Positions 20,205 to 31,774 are shown, counted from the first letter of the stretch. The stretch: 64,000 nt of DNA from an uncultured Acidimicrobiia bacterium (GCA_963731815.1 CAVSWW010000011.1:475320-539319), one strand, 5' to 3'. The notes: generated by a model not told the origin, from the sequence alone. Program-made: numbers and translations.

Positions 20205-21836
20205 ATGCCGGACGACTTCGAACGCATCATCGACACGCCCGAGTGGCTCGCGCTCGCCGAGCACCAGGCGAACCTCGAGGACGCGCACCTGCGCGACCTG
20301 TTCGCCGAGGACCCGACGCGCGGCGAGACGATGTGCCTCGAGGCGGGCGACCTCTACCTCGACTACTCGAAGAACCGTCTGACGGCCGAGACGATCGACC
20401 TGCTCTGCCAGCTGGCCCGCCGCGCCGACGTCGAGGCGCTGCGCGACGCGATGTTCGCCGGCGAGAAGATCAACATCACCGAGGACCGTGCGGTCCTGCA
20501 CGTCGCCCTCCGGGCGCCGAAGGGCGAGACGATCGAGGTCGACGGCGTCGACGTCGTGCCCGAGGTGCACCGGGTCCTCGACAAGATGGCCGCCTTCTCC
20601 GACCGGGTGCGCTCAGGCGAGTGGACGGGCCACACCGGCAAGAGGATCCGCAACGTCATCAACATCGGCATCGGCGGCAGCGACCTCGGGCCCCGCATGG
20701 CCTACGAGGCCATGAAGGACTTCAGCGAGCGCTCGATGACGTTCCGCTTCGTGTCGAACGTGGACGGCAACGACTTCTGGGAGGCGACCGCCGACCTCGA
20801 CCCCGAGGAGACGCTGTTCATCGTCGCCTCGAAGACGTTCACGACGCTCGAGACGATGACGAACGCGCAGTCCGCCCGCGACTGGTCGCTCGCGAAGCTC
20901 CAGGACGACGCCGCGGTCGCCAAGCACTTCGTGGCCGTCTCGACGAACGCGGAGGAGGTCTCGAAGTTCGGGATCGACACCGCGAACATGTTCGAGTTCT
21001 GGGACTGGGTCGGCGGTAGGTACTCGTACGACTCCGCGATCGGTCTGTCGTTGATGATCGCGATCGGTCCGGACGCGTTCCGCGACATGCTCGCCGGCTT
21101 CCATGCGATGGACGAGCACTTCCGCACCGCGCCGATCGAGCAGAACATGCCGATGCTCCTCGGCCTCATCGGCATCTGGTACGACAACTTCTTCGGTGCC
21201 GAGACCGTCGCAATCCTCCCGTACAACGACTACCTGTCGAAGCTGAGCGCGTACTTCCAGCAGCTCGACATGGAGAGCGACGGGAAGTCCGTCGACCGTG
21301 ACGGCAACCCGGTCGAGTGGCAGACCGGTCCGATCGTGTGGGGGCAACCGGGGACGAACGGACAGCACGCCTACTACCAGCTCATCCACCAGGGCACGAA
21401 GCTGATCCCATGCGACTTCATCGGCTTCTGCAAGCCCCGGCACGTCGTCGGCGACCACCAGAACCTGTTGATGGCCAACTTCTTCGCGCAGCCGCAGGCG
21501 CTCGCGTTCGGCAAGACCGCCGAGGAGGTGCGCGCCGAGGATGTGCCCGAGGAGCAGGTGCCGCACCGCACGTTTGCCGGCAACCACCCGACGAACACGA
21601 TCCTCGCGACCGACCTCACGCCGAACCTGCTGGGTCAGCTCATCGCGCTGTACGAGCACAAGGTCTTCACGCAGGGCGCGGTCTGGAACATCAACAGCTT
21701 CGACCAGTGGGGTGTCGAGCTCGGCAAGAAGCTGGCGCTCGCGATCGTCCCCGAGCTCGACGCGCAGGACGAGCCCGCGCTGTCACACGACTCGTCGACG
21801 AACACGCTGATCCGGCGGTACCGCGCGAAGCGCTGA
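20205..21836 (+). CDS. pgi: Glucose-6-phosphate isomerase
   Basis: ATG-20205 is in the frame of ORF 18675..21836. [34 protein letters not shown] and [20 protein letters not shown]. Confidence 0.95.
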   Translation: MPDDFERIIDTPEWLALAEHQANLEDAHLRDLFAEDPTRGETMCLEAGDLYLDYSKNRLTAETIDLLCQLARRADVEALRDAMFAGEKINITEDRAVLHVALRAPKGETIEVDGVDVVPEVHRVLDKMAAFSDRVRSGEWTGHTGKRIRNVINIGIGGSDLGPRMAYEAMKDFSERSMTFRFVSNVDGNDFWEATADLDPEETLFIVASKTFTTLETMTNAQSARDWSLAKLQDDAAVAKHFVAVSTNAEEVSKFGIDTANMFEFWDWVGGRYSYDSAIGLSLMIAIGPDAFRDMLAGFHAMDEHFRTAPIEQNMPMLLGLIGIWYDNFFGAETVAILPYNDYLSKLSAYFQQLDMESDGKSVDRDGNPVEWQTGPIVWGQPGTNGQHAYYQLIHQGTKLIPCDFIGFCKPRHVVGDHQNLLMANFFAQPQALAFGKTAEEVRAEDVPEEQVPHRTFAGNHPTNTILATDLTPNLLGQLIALYEHKVFTQGAVWNINSFDQWGVELGKKLALAIVPELDAQDEPALSHDSSTNTLIRRYRAKR

Positions 21837-22841
21837 TCAGGAGGCGAGCCGGCGCCACCAACGGCGGCGACGCTGACGGCCGGGCTCCGCCACGAGCGCG
21901 TCGAGCGCGCCGATCGCGAGGTGGTACGCCTGGTCGATCAGGCGCTCGCCGTCGGAGAAGTCGACGAACTCACGGTCGTCGACCGGGGGCGGCAGCACGA
22001 CGACCTCCACGTCCTCGGGCACCCACTGGAGCTCGAGCTCGAACCGCTGCTCCCGCGAGATCGCGAACGCGCGCACGGCCACGTCGAGCGGTGACTTGAT
22101 CGGCCGCTCGGTGAGCGGGTCGGACACGTCGAGCACGAAGATCCGGTCGATGGGCCCGGCCAGCGCGTGCGAGATCGGGACGAGGTTCACCACTGCGCCG
22201 TCGACGAGCACGAGGCCGTCGTACTCGACGGGCGGGAAGATGCCGGGCAGTGCCGCGCTGCCGAGCAGCGCCGAGTGCAGCGGGCCACGCACGAAGACGA
22301 GCTCGTCGCCGCTGACGAGGTCGGTCGTGACGACCCGGAGGGGGATCACGAGGTCCTCGAACGTCGCGGCCGTCCCGGAGCGCTCGATGAGCGCCGCGAG
22401 GCCCTCGCTCGAGATGAGGTGGCTGTCGCGCCGGAGCACGTTCCAGGCCCGCCGGAAGGCGTTGCCGGGGAAGACGTCCTCCCCCCGGAGGCTGGCCCAG
22501 ACCGTCCCGAGCCGCTCGATGCCCTCCGGGGTCGGGTTCGTCGCGAGGACGGCGCCGTTGAGCGCACCGACGGAGGTCCCGATCACGACGTCAGGGTGGT
22601 GGCCGCGCTCCATGAGGGCGCGGAGCATCCCGACCTGGGCGACCCCCTGGTTGCCCCCGCCGGACAGCACGAACGCCGTCACGGGCTCCTGCCGCGTCCG
22701 AGCGGCCCGCAGGATCCCTGTCACCCGACGATGCTCGCGCACCCGACCGGCATCGCTCGGCTCCACTGGGTCGGGAAGAGTCACCCCAGAAACACGGGTA
22801 CTCGCTCCGGGGCTGCTCGGTCGCTGTCGATATGCTCCCAC
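21837..22841 (-). CDS. Patatin-like phospholipase
   Basis: Oxyanion motif SGGGNQG, nucleophile GTSVG (GxSxG) and catalytic Asp in VLVDGAVVN. The start codon is uncertain. Its stop abuts the pgi stop (TGATCA). Confidence 0.85.
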   Translation of the reverse strand: MGAYRQRPSSPGASTRVSGVTLPDPVEPSDAGRVREHRRVTGILRAARTRQEPVTAFVLSGGGNQGVAQVGMLRALMERGHHPDVVIGTSVGALNGAVLATNPTPEGIERLGTVWASLRGEDVFPGNAFRRAWNVLRRDSHLISSEGLAALIERSGTAATFEDLVIPLRVVTTDLVSGDELVFVRGPLHSALLGSAALPGIFPPVEYDGLVLVDGAVVNLVPISHALAGPIDRIFVLDVSDPLTERPIKSPLDVAVRAFAISREQRFELELQWVPEDVEVVVLPPPVDDREFVDFSDGERLIDQAYHLAIGALDALVAEPGRQRRRRWWRRLAS

Positions 22842-22893
22842 CGAACGGGCCGGATGCCCGCCGGGCCCCGCGTGAGGGAAGGGCGCGACCGCC

Positions 22894-23256
22894 GTGACCG
22901 AGTACTACCGGCAGTACCTCGCCGTGGCCGTGCTGATCGGTGCGGCGCTGCTGATGGTGGGTGCGATGCTCGGCGCAGGCCGGCTCCTGCGCCCGACGCG
23001 GCCGCAGGCGGAGAAGTACGTCACGTACGAGGCGGGGTCCGACCCCGTCGGCGGTTGGGGACAGTCGAACGTCCGCTACTACATCTACGCCCTGCTCTTC
23101 GTGATCTTCGACGTCGAAGCGGTGTTCATCTTCCCGTGGGCCGTCGACCTCGAGTCGCTCGGCGTGTTCGGCCTCATCGAGATGACGATCTTCATCGTGC
23201 TGCTCGCACTCGGCCTCGTGTACGCGTGGCGAAAGGGAGTGCTGCGGTGGGCCTAG
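22894..23256 (+). CDS. nuoA: Complex-I-like operon 2, subunit A
   Basis: GTG-22894 preceded by [40 protein letters not shown]. Confidence 0.9.
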   Translation: MTEYYRQYLAVAVLIGAALLMVGAMLGAGRLLRPTRPQAEKYVTYEAGSDPVGGWGQSNVRYYIYALLFVIFDVEAVFIFPWAVDLESLGVFGLIEMTIFIVLLALGLVYAWRKGVLRWA

Positions 23257-23269
23257 TCGAGGTGCAGCC

Positions 23270-23788
23270 ATGGGACTAGTGGAGAAGGGGCGCGTCCCGA
23301 AGCCGCTCACGTGGCTCCTCAACTACAGCCGCAAGTACTCGCTCTGGATGTTCCAGTGGGGGCTCGCGTGCTGCGCGATCGAGATGGGCGCCGCGCTCGC
23401 GAGCCCGCGCTACGACATGATGCGCCTCGGCGTCATCCCGTTCCCGGCGAGCCCGCGCCAGTCCGACCTCGTCGTGATCTCCGGCACGGTCACCGACAAG
23501 ATGGCGCCGGCGATCAAGCGTCTCTACGAGCAGATGCCCGACCCGAAGTACGTCATCTCGATGGGGTCGTGCGCGAACTGCGGTGGTCCCTACTGGGACT
23601 CGTACTCCGTGACCAAGGGCGTCGACCAGATCATCCCGGTCGACGTGTACGTCCCCGGCTGCCCGCCGCGACCGGAGGCTCTCCTGCAGGGCATCGTCCT
23701 CCTGCAGGAGCGCATCCAGAACGAGGGCATCGGGAACGACGAGCTACGGCAGCGCTGGCGTGGGGAGCCGATCGTCGTTGGCTCCTGA
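23270..23788 (+). CDS. nuoB: Complex-I-like operon 2, subunit B
   Basis: [17 protein letters not shown] and VPGCPP. All N2 ligands are present. Confidence 0.95.
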   Translation: MGLVEKGRVPKPLTWLLNYSRKYSLWMFQWGLACCAIEMGAALASPRYDMMRLGVIPFPASPRQSDLVVISGTVTDKMAPAIKRLYEQMPDPKYVISMGSCANCGGPYWDSYSVTKGVDQIIPVDVYVPGCPPRPEALLQGIVLLQERIQNEGIGNDELRQRWRGEPIVVGS

Positions 23789-24563
23789 CGAGGAAGACGC
23801 ACCGGTGAGTGAGCGACCCGAAGGGTCGGCCGACGTACCGTCGGCCGAAGAGAGCGAGCCAGTGGAGGCGGAGGCCGACGCGCCCGAGCCCGAGCCTGAG
23901 CCCGAACCGGACATCCCCGAGCCGAACCCGGTGCACGAGGAGATGGCCGCGGTGCTCCAGGCCGGTGGGCTCGGCGGCGACTCGGTCGTGCAGTCGGCGT
24001 CGGTGTTCGACGACTACGTCGTGCGCGTCGCGCCGAGCGCCTGGCGGCACGCGGGCGAGGTCGCACGCGACGCGCTCGAGTGCGACTACCTCTCGTTCAT
24101 CGCCGGCATCGACTGGGCGCCGGCACCGAAGGAAGGCGGCGAGGAGGCCAGCGGCGAGCCGTCATCGCCGGCCCAGCCGACCGAGATGACGTTCGGTGCG
24201 GCCGGGTCGGCCGGCCGGTTCCAGGTCTTCGCGCACGTGCAGTCGACCCGGCGCCACTGGGGCCTGACGATCAAGACGGACCTCGACGAGGCGGCGCCGG
24301 CGATCGAGTCGTGGGTCTCGGTGTACCCCGGCGCCGACTGGCACGAGCGCGAGTGCTGGGAGATGTACGGCTTCGTGTTCGAGGGGCACCCGAACCTCCG
24401 GCACCTCTACCTGCCGAGCGAGTTCGAGGGTCATCCGCTGCGCAAGGACTTCCCGCTGCTCGCGCGCGTGGTGAAGCCGTGGCCCGGGCTCGTCGACGTC
24501 GAGCCGATGCCCGGCGAGCCGGAGGCCGCCGTCGAGGCTGCGCCGGAAGGGGCGGACGCATGA
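23760..24563 (+). CDS. nuoC: Complex-I-like operon 2, subunit C, with acidic Pro/Glu-rich N-terminal extension
   Basis: [42 protein letters not shown]. The N-terminus carries [17 protein letters not shown]. An alternative start is GTG 23805. Confidence 0.85.
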   Translation: MGSRSSLAPDEEDAPVSERPEGSADVPSAEESEPVEAEADAPEPEPEPEPDIPEPNPVHEEMAAVLQAGGLGGDSVVQSASVFDDYVVRVAPSAWRHAGEVARDALECDYLSFIAGIDWAPAPKEGGEEASGEPSSPAQPTEMTFGAAGSAGRFQVFAHVQSTRRHWGLTIKTDLDEAAPAIESWVSVYPGADWHERECWEMYGFVFEGHPNLRHLYLPSEFEGHPLRKDFPLLARVVKPWPGLVDVEPMPGEPEAAVEAAPEGADA

Positions 24564-24671
24564 GCACGCACGCAGACGCCGCCGTCCAGCCCGTCGAGCC
24601 AGTCGACACCGTCGGGACTCGCCGATCAGCAGCTCGCGCCGGGTGCGCTCCATCATCTCGCCGACGCGCAG

Positions 24672-25782
24672 ATGAACGTCGAGCTCGACACCGGCGACAT
24701 GATCCTCAACCTCGGGCCGCAGCACCCGGCGACGCACGGCACCCTGCGACTCGTCGTCCGTCTCGACGGCGAGCGCGTCATCTCGGCCGACCCGGTCATC
24801 GGGTACATGCACCGCGGCTACGAGAAGCTCACCGAGTTCCGCACCTACCCGCAGGTCACCACGCTCATCAACCGCATCGACTGGCTCTCGAGCTTCGCCA
24901 ACGAGGTGCCGTTCATGGACGCGGCCGAGAAGCTGATGGAGATCCAGGCGCCGCCCCGCGCCCAGTACATCCGCACGATCCTCACCGAGCTGTCGCGCAT
25001 CGCGACGTTCGTCCTGTTCCTCGGCGAGATGGGTCTCCAGGTCGGCGCGCTCGACGCCCGCGTTCTACGGCTTCCGCGACCGCGAGTACGTCCTCAACCT
25101 GATCGAGGCGGTGACGGGCGGGCGCTTCCACCCCAACTTCAACCGCATCGGCGGGCTGAAGGACGACCTGCCGTGGGGCTGGATCGCCGAGTGCCGGTCG
25201 GTCATGGACATCGTCTTCGAGTCGTGCGACATGTTCGAGAAGCTGGTCGCCGGCAACGAGATCTTCGAGGCGCGGACGCGCGGCATCGGCATCATCCCCG
25301 CCGACGTCGGTGCGTCCTACGGCGTCTCCGGGTCGAACCTGCGCGCGTCCGGGGTCGACTGGGACCTGCGCCGCGACGGCCCGCCGTACCTCGTGTACCG
25401 CGACCTCGACTTCAAGGTGCACACGCACGCCGACGGCGACTCCTTCGCGCGCTACACGGTGCGGCTCGAGGAGACGCGCGAGGCGGCGCGCATGGTGCTG
25501 CAGTGCCTCGACGCGCTGCCGGCGGGGCCGGTCATGGCCAAGGTCCCGCGGATCATCAAGGTGCCCGAGGGCGAGGTGTGGGTCGAGACGGAGAACCCGC
25601 TCGGCCAGATGGGCTACTACGTCATCTCGAAGGGCGCGACCGGTCCGTTCCGCGTCAAGATCCGCTCCGCATCGTTCAGCAACATCTCGATCCTGCCGTG
25701 GATGCTGCGCGGGGTGTTCGTCCCCGACGTGATCACGATCCTCGGCTCGCTCTACTTCATCCTCGGCGACATCGACCGGTAG
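24672..25782 (+). pseudogene. nuoD: Complex-I-like operon 2, subunit D, apparent +1 frameshift near nt 25055
   Basis: The N-terminus (NLGPQHPATHGTLR, IGYMHRGYEKL) reads in the frame of ORF 24672 and is sensible to ..GLQVGAL. It continues as PAFYGFRDREYVLNLIEAVTGGRFHPNFNRIGG.. to ..ILGDIDR in the frame of ORF 25111..25782. Confidence 0.85.
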
Positions 25783-25787
25783 AGGCC

Positions 25788-26819
25788 ATGTTCGAACTGC
25801 TCGCACTCGACATCGGATGGGGCACGACCCTCGCGATCAAGACGATCGTCGTGCTCATCATCATCCCGACGGGTGCGCTCATCCTCGGGTACGTCTTCCT
25901 CCTCAAGATGATGAGCCACATGCAGAGCCGCCTCGGTCCGATGGACCCGGGTGGCTTCCACGGGTGGTTCCAGCTCGTCGGTGACGGCCTGAAGTTCATC
26001 CAGAAGGAAGACGTCATGCCGGCGGAAGCCGACCGGCGCGTCTTCGCCGCGGCACCGGCGGTCGTCGTCCTCTCGACGTTCCTGATCTTCGCCGTGATCC
26101 CGATGGGCCCCGACCTCGTGGTGAAAGACCTCGACGTCGGGGTCTTCTACGCGCTCGCCGTGTCGAGCCTGTCGGTGATCGGTGTGCTCATGGCCGGCTG
26201 GGCGAGCGCGAACAAGTTCGCGCTGCTCGGCGCGCTGCGTGCCGCGGCACAGCTCATCGCCTACGAGCTGCCGCTCCTCCTCGCCGTGGTCGGTGTCGTC
26301 GTGCAGGCGAGCACGCTGAACCTCCAGGGCATCGTCACCGCGCAGCAGGACGGTTCGATCTTCGGCTTCAGCGGCATCGGCGAGCCGTTCATCTTCACGC
26401 AGTTCATCGGGTTCGCCCTGTTCCTCGTCGCCGCGCAGGCCGAGCTCACGCAGACCCCGTTCGACATGCCCGTCGCCGAGAGCGAGCTCGTCTCCGGCTA
26501 CATGGTCGAGTACACGGGGTTCCGCTTCCTCTTCTTCTTCATCGGTGAGTTCGGCACCGCGTTCGCGTTCGCGGCGCTCGCGGCGACGCTGTTCCTCGGC
26601 GGTTGGGCGATCCCGGGCGTCGAGGGCGACTGGGCGAACATCCTCGGGCCGTTCGTCCTCTTCGCCAAGCTCATGGCGGTCGCGTTCCTCATGTTCTGGG
26701 TGCGCTTCACCTATCCGCGCCTGCGGGAGGACCAGCTCCAGTCGCTGGCGTGGAAGGTGCTCATCCCGCTCGGCCTGCTCAACATCCTGCTGACCGGTGT
26801 CTTCAAGGTGGCTTTCTGA
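25788..26819 (+). CDS. nuoH: Complex-I-like operon 2, subunit H
   Basis: ATG-25788 lies 5 nt after the nuoD2 stop. [32 protein letters not shown] and [24 protein letters not shown]. Confidence 0.9.
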   Translation: MFELLALDIGWGTTLAIKTIVVLIIIPTGALILGYVFLLKMMSHMQSRLGPMDPGGFHGWFQLVGDGLKFIQKEDVMPAEADRRVFAAAPAVVVLSTFLIFAVIPMGPDLVVKDLDVGVFYALAVSSLSVIGVLMAGWASANKFALLGALRAAAQLIAYELPLLLAVVGVVVQASTLNLQGIVTAQQDGSIFGFSGIGEPFIFTQFIGFALFLVAAQAELTQTPFDMPVAESELVSGYMVEYTGFRFLFFFIGEFGTAFAFAALAATLFLGGWAIPGVEGDWANILGPFVLFAKLMAVAFLMFWVRFTYPRLREDQLQSLAWKVLIPLGLLNILLTGVFKVAF

Positions 26820-26832
26820 TGAGGCGAGTCTG

Positions 26833-27312
26833 ATGCCCAAGCTTCCCGGTCTCATCGGCGGTCTGGGCGTGACGCTCAAGACGATGCTGAAGCCCGCCGT
26901 GACGGTGCAGTACCCGCACGAGAAGGAAGACCCGGCGCCGCGCGCGCGGGGCGTCATCGCGCTCAAGGAAGAGAACTGCACCGTCTGCATGCTGTGCGCG
27001 CGCCAGTGCCCCGACTGGTGCATCTACATCGAGGGGCACAAGGAGCAGCGTCCGCCGCGTCGCGAGGGCGGCCGGCCGCGCAGCGTCAGCGTCCTCGACC
27101 GGTTCGACATCGACTACGCGCTCTGCATGTACTGCGGGATCTGCGTCGAGGTGTGCCCGTTCGACGCGCTCTTCTGGAGCCCCGACTACGAGTACTCCGA
27201 GTCGCGCATCGGCGATCTCCTGCACGACAAGAAGCGCCTCGGCGAGTGGATGCAGACCGTTCCCGACCCCGAGCCGCTCGAGGTCGGTGCCGAGAGCAAG
27301 GGCAAGAAGTAG
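26833..27312 (+). CDS. nuoI: Complex-I-like operon 2, subunit I
   Basis: ATG-26833 is in the frame of ORF 26797..27312. [12 protein letters not shown] and [12 protein letters not shown]. Confidence 0.9.
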   Translation: MPKLPGLIGGLGVTLKTMLKPAVTVQYPHEKEDPAPRARGVIALKEENCTVCMLCARQCPDWCIYIEGHKEQRPPRREGGRPRSVSVLDRFDIDYALCMYCGICVEVCPFDALFWSPDYEYSESRIGDLLHDKKRLGEWMQTVPDPEPLEVGAESKGKK

Positions 27313-27316
27313 TCAC

Positions 27317-27823
27317 ATGTGGGAGCAGCAGGTCGCCTTCTGGATCCTCGCGATCGCGATGTGTGCCGCCGCGATCGGTGTGGTGCGCACGTCGAACATC
27401 GTCCACGCCGCGCTGTTCCTCGTCGTCGTGCTCGCGGGCGCCGCGGCGCAGTACATCCTGCTGGCCGCCGAGTTCGTCGCCTGGGTGCAGGTGCTGATCT
27501 ACATCGGTGCGGTCGTCATCCTCTTCCTCTTCGGCATCATGCTGACGCGCGCACCGATGGGCGGTGAGGGCCGCCGCCTCGACAACGACCAGCGGTGGGG
27601 TGCCGCAGTCGTCGCGCTGTTCATCTTCGGCGTGCTGGTCGCGATGCTTGTGGACGCCTTCGGTGGCGAGGAGATCCGCTTCGGGTCCGAGCTCGTCGCC
27701 CAGGGTCGCACTGCGAACGTCGGCAGCAGCATCTTCCGTGAGTTCCTCGTGCCGTTCGAGGTCGTCTCCATGCTCCTGCTCGCCGCGCTCATCGGTGCCG
27801 TGGTCCTGGCGAGGCGCGACTGA
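27317..27823 (+). CDS. nuoJ: Complex-I-like operon 2, subunit J
   Basis: ATG-27317 is in the frame of ORF 27287..27823. [11 protein letters not shown] and [21 protein letters not shown]. Confidence 0.85.
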   Translation: MWEQQVAFWILAIAMCAAAIGVVRTSNIVHAALFLVVVLAGAAAQYILLAAEFVAWVQVLIYIGAVVILFLFGIMLTRAPMGGEGRRLDNDQRWGAAVVALFIFGVLVAMLVDAFGGEEIRFGSELVAQGRTANVGSSIFREFLVPFEVVSMLLLAALIGAVVLARRD

Positions 27824-28122
27824 TGGACATCAACCAGTTCCTGATCCTCAGCGCGTTCCTGTTCTGCACCGGCATCTACGGCGTGCTCGCGCGGCGCAAC
27901 GGCGTGCTGGTGCTGATGAGCATCGAGCTCATGCTCAACGCGGTGAACATCAACCTGATCGCGTTCTCGGCGTTCGGCCGTGAGGTCGCGGGTCAGGTGT
28001 TCGCACTCTTCGTCATCACGATCGCGGCTGCCGAGGTCGGCGTCGGGCTCGCCATCGTGCTGCTCATCTACCGCAACCTGCGGACTCCCGATCTCGACGA
28101 AGTCGACCAGCTGAAGGGCTGA
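27823..28122 (+). CDS. nuoK: Complex-I-like operon 2, subunit K
   Basis: ATGA overlap with the nuoJ2 stop. [17 protein letters not shown] and [18 protein letters not shown]. Confidence 0.9.
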   Translation: MDINQFLILSAFLFCTGIYGVLARRNGVLVLMSIELMLNAVNINLIAFSAFGREVAGQVFALFVITIAAAEVGVGLAIVLLIYRNLRTPDLDEVDQLKG

Positions 28123-28131
28123 TCCGAACCG

Positions 28132-30201
28132 ATGCTCGAGCACGCCTGGATCATCCCCGCGCTGCCTGCGGTCTCGTTCCTCGTCATCCTCTTCTTCGGC
28201 AAGCGCCTGCCGAAGAAGGGTGCCGAGGTCGGCATCCTCGCGATGGCCACCTCGTTCGTCCTGTCGATCGTCGCCGCGATCGACTGGATCGACCGGGTGA
28301 ACGCGGCCGGTGGCAGCGAGCACGGGCTCGGCGCGTACTTCGGGAAGGGCGTGATGGGCGGCGCCGAGGGCGGGCACGCCGTGGTCACCCCGGTCGTCGA
28401 GTCGGTCACGTGGTGGACGAGCGGCGGCGTCGAGTTCGGCGTCGGCACGTACGTCGACGGGCTCACCGTGATGATGCTCCTCGTCGTCACGCTCGTCTCG
28501 CTGCTCGTGTACATCTACTCGACGGCGTACATGCACGGTGACCGCCACTACACCTGGTTCTTCGCGTCGCTGTCGCTGTTCAGCGCGTCGATGCTGCTGC
28601 TCGTCGTCGCGAGCAACACGCTCGAGATGCTCGTCGGCTGGGAGCTGGTCGGGCTGTGCTCCTTCATGCTGATCGGCTTCTGGTGGGAGGACCGCGAGAA
28701 CAGCCGCGCCGCGATCAAGGCGTTCCTCACGACTCGTACCGGCGACATCGGCCTGATGATCGGCATCATCATCCTGTTCTTCACGGTCGGGTCGTTCGGG
28801 ATCGGTGCGTCGAACTCGTATGCGGTGAGCGCGGGCGCGCAGCACGATCTGCTGCTCGCGGCATCGATCTGCCTGATGATCGGGATCATCGGCAAGAGCG
28901 GCCAGTTCCCGCTGCACACGTGGTTGCCCGACGCGATGGCTGGCCCCACACCCGTTTCGGCGCTCATCCACGCGGCCACGATGGTCGTCGCCGGGGTGTA
29001 CCTCGGCGCGCGCCTGTACCCCGTCTTCTACGACGGATTCTCGATCGAGGCCGGCGGCGTGAACATGATGGCGCTGGTCGGCGGCATCACGATCCTCATC
29101 GGAGCCGCGCTCGCGTTCGTCCAGAACGACATCAAGAAGGTGCTGGCGTACTCGACGGTCAGTCAGATCGGGTACATGGTGATGGGGCTCGGCGTCGGCG
29201 CGTGGGTCGCCGCCGTCTTCCACCTCTTCACCCACGCGTTCTTCAAGGCGCTCCTCTTCCTCGGTGCCGGGTCGGTGAGCCACGGCGGCACGCACCACTC
29301 GTTCGACATGCGCGAGATGGGTGGGCTGCGCAAGTTCATGCCGATCACGTTCTGGACCTTCGTGATCGGGTCGCTCGCGCTCGCCGGCATCTTCCCGCTG
29401 GCCGGGTTCTGGTCGAAGGACGAGATCCTCGTGAACGCGGGGAGCAACGGCTTCGACGCGTTCCTGATCATCGGCCTGATCGGGGCGTTCCTCACCGCGG
29501 CCTACATGACTCGCTGCATCTACCTCACGTTCTTCGGCGAGTACCGCGGCCACGCACACCCCCACGAGTCGGAGCGGGCGATCACCATCCCGCTCATCGT
29601 GCTCGCGGGCCTCTCGATCCTCGCCGGCCTGATCAACGCCGCTCCGCTCGGGATCGAGAAGTTCACCGAGTACGTCGAGCCGACGTTCGCCTTCCCCGAC
29701 ATCGTGCACGCCGAGTTCGACTACCCGAAGGCGATCCTGTCGGTGTCGCTCGCCGCGCTGGCGATCGGCATCGCGGCGTTCTACTGGTTCCGCCACGAAG
29801 AGACCGGGCCGCTCAAGGGCCTCACGCAACGCAACAAGTGGGCTCACGCGGGCTATACGTTCCTCGAGAACAAGTACTACCTCGACCACCTGTACGAGAA
29901 CGTCATCGTCGACGGCATCCGCGGGCCGATCGGCGCGGCGGCGTACTGGTTCAACCAGCACGTCATCGACGGCGTCGTCAACGGAGCAGGCCGAGGCGCG
30001 AAGCGCGTCGGCGCGTTCGCGTACGAGACGGTCGACCAGCGGATCGTCGACGGCGCGGTCCACGGCATGGCGTACGAAGCCGGTGAAGCAGGTGACGAGC
30101 TTCGCAAGGTGCAGAGCGGACAGGTGCAGCGCTACGCGATCTTGCTGTTCGCCGGCACGGGCATCCTCGCCCTCGCGCTGTTCCTCACGAACGTTCTCTG
30201 A
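28132..30201 (+). CDS. nuoL: Complex-I-like operon 2, subunit L
   Basis: GWELVGLCSFMLIGFWW and KSGQFPLHTWLPDAMAGPTPVSALIHAATMVVAGVY. Intact 689 aa. Confidence 0.95.
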   Translation: MLEHAWIIPALPAVSFLVILFFGKRLPKKGAEVGILAMATSFVLSIVAAIDWIDRVNAAGGSEHGLGAYFGKGVMGGAEGGHAVVTPVVESVTWWTSGGVEFGVGTYVDGLTVMMLLVVTLVSLLVYIYSTAYMHGDRHYTWFFASLSLFSASMLLLVVASNTLEMLVGWELVGLCSFMLIGFWWEDRENSRAAIKAFLTTRTGDIGLMIGIIILFFTVGSFGIGASNSYAVSAGAQHDLLLAASICLMIGIIGKSGQFPLHTWLPDAMAGPTPVSALIHAATMVVAGVYLGARLYPVFYDGFSIEAGGVNMMALVGGITILIGAALAFVQNDIKKVLAYSTVSQIGYMVMGLGVGAWVAAVFHLFTHAFFKALLFLGAGSVSHGGTHHSFDMREMGGLRKFMPITFWTFVIGSLALAGIFPLAGFWSKDEILVNAGSNGFDAFLIIGLIGAFLTAAYMTRCIYLTFFGEYRGHAHPHESERAITIPLIVLAGLSILAGLINAAPLGIEKFTEYVEPTFAFPDIVHAEFDYPKAILSVSLAALAIGIAAFYWFRHEETGPLKGLTQRNKWAHAGYTFLENKYYLDHLYENVIVDGIRGPIGAAAYWFNQHVIDGVVNGAGRGAKRVGAFAYETVDQRIVDGAVHGMAYEAGEAGDELRKVQSGQVQRYAILLFAGTGILALALFLTNVL

Positions 30202-30221
30202 TCGGAAGGGCATAGGAAGCG

Positions 30222-31767
30222 ATGGACTGGTTCGATGACTGGGCGTTGACGCTGGCGGTGTTCCTGCCGGCCGTCGGGATGGCTGTGGTGCTTGCGATCC
30301 CGCACGCCCAGGAGACCGCGATCAAGGCCACCGCGCTGCTCACGGCGGTGGCGACCGGAGCCGTCGGCATCGGGATCCTCTTCCGGTTCGACTTCAACGC
30401 TGCCGGAACGATGCAGTTCGACGTCAACGAGCCGTGGATCAAGGTGATCAACAGTCGGTACCACCTGGGCCTCGACGGCATCGCGCTGCCACTGCTCATC
30501 CTGTCGATGCTGACGGTGATCGTCTGCATCATCTACTCGTGGGACCACTTCCCCGAACCGCACAACCCGAAGGCGTTCCTCGCCCTGATCCTGCTGCTCG
30601 AAGTCGGTCTCAACGGGACGTTCCTCGCCGAGGACCTCATCCTCTTCTTCATCTTCTTCGAGCTCGTCCTGCTCCCCATGTTCTTCATGATCGGGGTCTG
30701 GGGCGGACCGAACCGGCGAGTACGCGTCGATCAAGTTCTTCTTGTTCACGTTGTTCGGGTCCACGTTGATGCTCGTCGCGTTCCTGGCGATCTTCTTCTT
30801 GTCGGAGCGCGAGACGTTCGACATCGTCGAGCTGAGCAACCTCGGCGGTGCCGGGATCCCGCAGGGCACGCAGAACCTCGTGTTCGCCGGGCTGTTCCTC
30901 GGCTTCGCGATCAAGGTGCCGATGTTCCCGTTCCATACGTGGCTCCCCGACGCCCATACCGAGGCCCCCACCGTGGGGTCCGTGATCCTGGCCGCCGTCA
31001 TGCTGAAGCTCGGCACCTACGGCTTCATCCGCATCGCGCTCCCGATCCTGCCGAAGGCGGCCGAGGAGTGGGCACCGTGGATCGGTCTCCTCGCGGTGAT
31101 CGGCATCATCTACGGCGCGCTCTGCTGTCTCGCGCAGAAGGACATGAAACGGCTGATCGCGTTCTCGTCGGTCGCGCACATGGGCTTCGTCATGCTCGGC
31201 ATCGCGACGCTCACCGACTTCGGGCTCAACGCGGCGATCTTCGGGATGGTCGCGCACGGTCTGATCACCGGCATGCTGTTCTTCATCGCTGGATCGGTGC
31301 AGGAGCGCTACGAGACCCGCGAGATGAGTCGTCTCGGCGGTCTGCTCACCCAGGCACCGAAGCTCGGTTGGATCCTCGGCTTCTGCGCCATGGCGTCGCT
31401 CGGCCTGCCCGGACTCGCCGGCTTCTGGGGCGAGTTCCCGTCGATCCTGGCGTCGTACGATCCCGCGCCGCTCGCGAGCGGGCTCTTCAGCGGCGACAAC
31501 CTGTGGACGTATCGAACGTTCATGGTGATCGCCGCGATCGGCACCGTGCTCGCCGCGGGCTACCTGCTGTGGATGCTGCAACGGGTCACGTTCGGCAAGG
31601 TGAAGCCGGAGTTCGAGCACGCGCACATCCACGACGTGCACGTGCCGGAGTGGATCGCGTGGACGCCGCTGCTCGCGCTCATCGTCGTGCTGGGCATCTA
31701 CCCCGACATCCTGTTCTCGGTCACCGACCCCGCGGTCAGCCCGATCGGCAAGGTCTTCTCCGGATGA
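30222..31767 (+). pseudogene. nuoM: Complex-I-like operon 2, subunit M, apparent +1 frameshift near nt 30715
   Basis: ORF 30222 is sensible to ..IGVWGGPNR. It continues as EYASIKFFLFTLFGSTLM..KVPMFPFHTWLPDAHTEAPTVGSVILAAV in the frame of ORF 30742..31767. The local string aaccggcgagtac looks like aaccgcgagtac plus one g. Confidence 0.85.
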
Positions 31768-31774
31768 AACGCGC

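Noticed and set aside
18675-21836. 1053-aa ORF that looks like a hydrolase-cyclase-glucose-6-phosphate-isomerase fusion
   Set aside because: The natural cyclase ending ([20 protein letters not shown]) is present in the +1 frame and ends at 20151. pgi has its own ATG at 20205. The apparent fusion is read-through caused by one extra base near 20097 plus a chance in-phase spacer.
18816-22841. Cyclase plus patatin-like lipase as a CBASS-like or cyclic-nucleotide-activated defence pair
   Set aside because: The cyclase is class III (LipJ-like), not a CD-NTase. The housekeeping pgi gene lies between them. The patatin gene is on the opposite strand and convergent. No sensor or effector accessory domains are seen.
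24672-26819. 715-aa ORF that appears to fuse NuoD2 and NuoH2
   Set aside because: The middle third is out-of-frame Arg/Pro-rich nonsense. The real NuoD2 C-terminus is in the frame of ORF 25111..25782, and NuoH2 starts at its own ATG at 25788.
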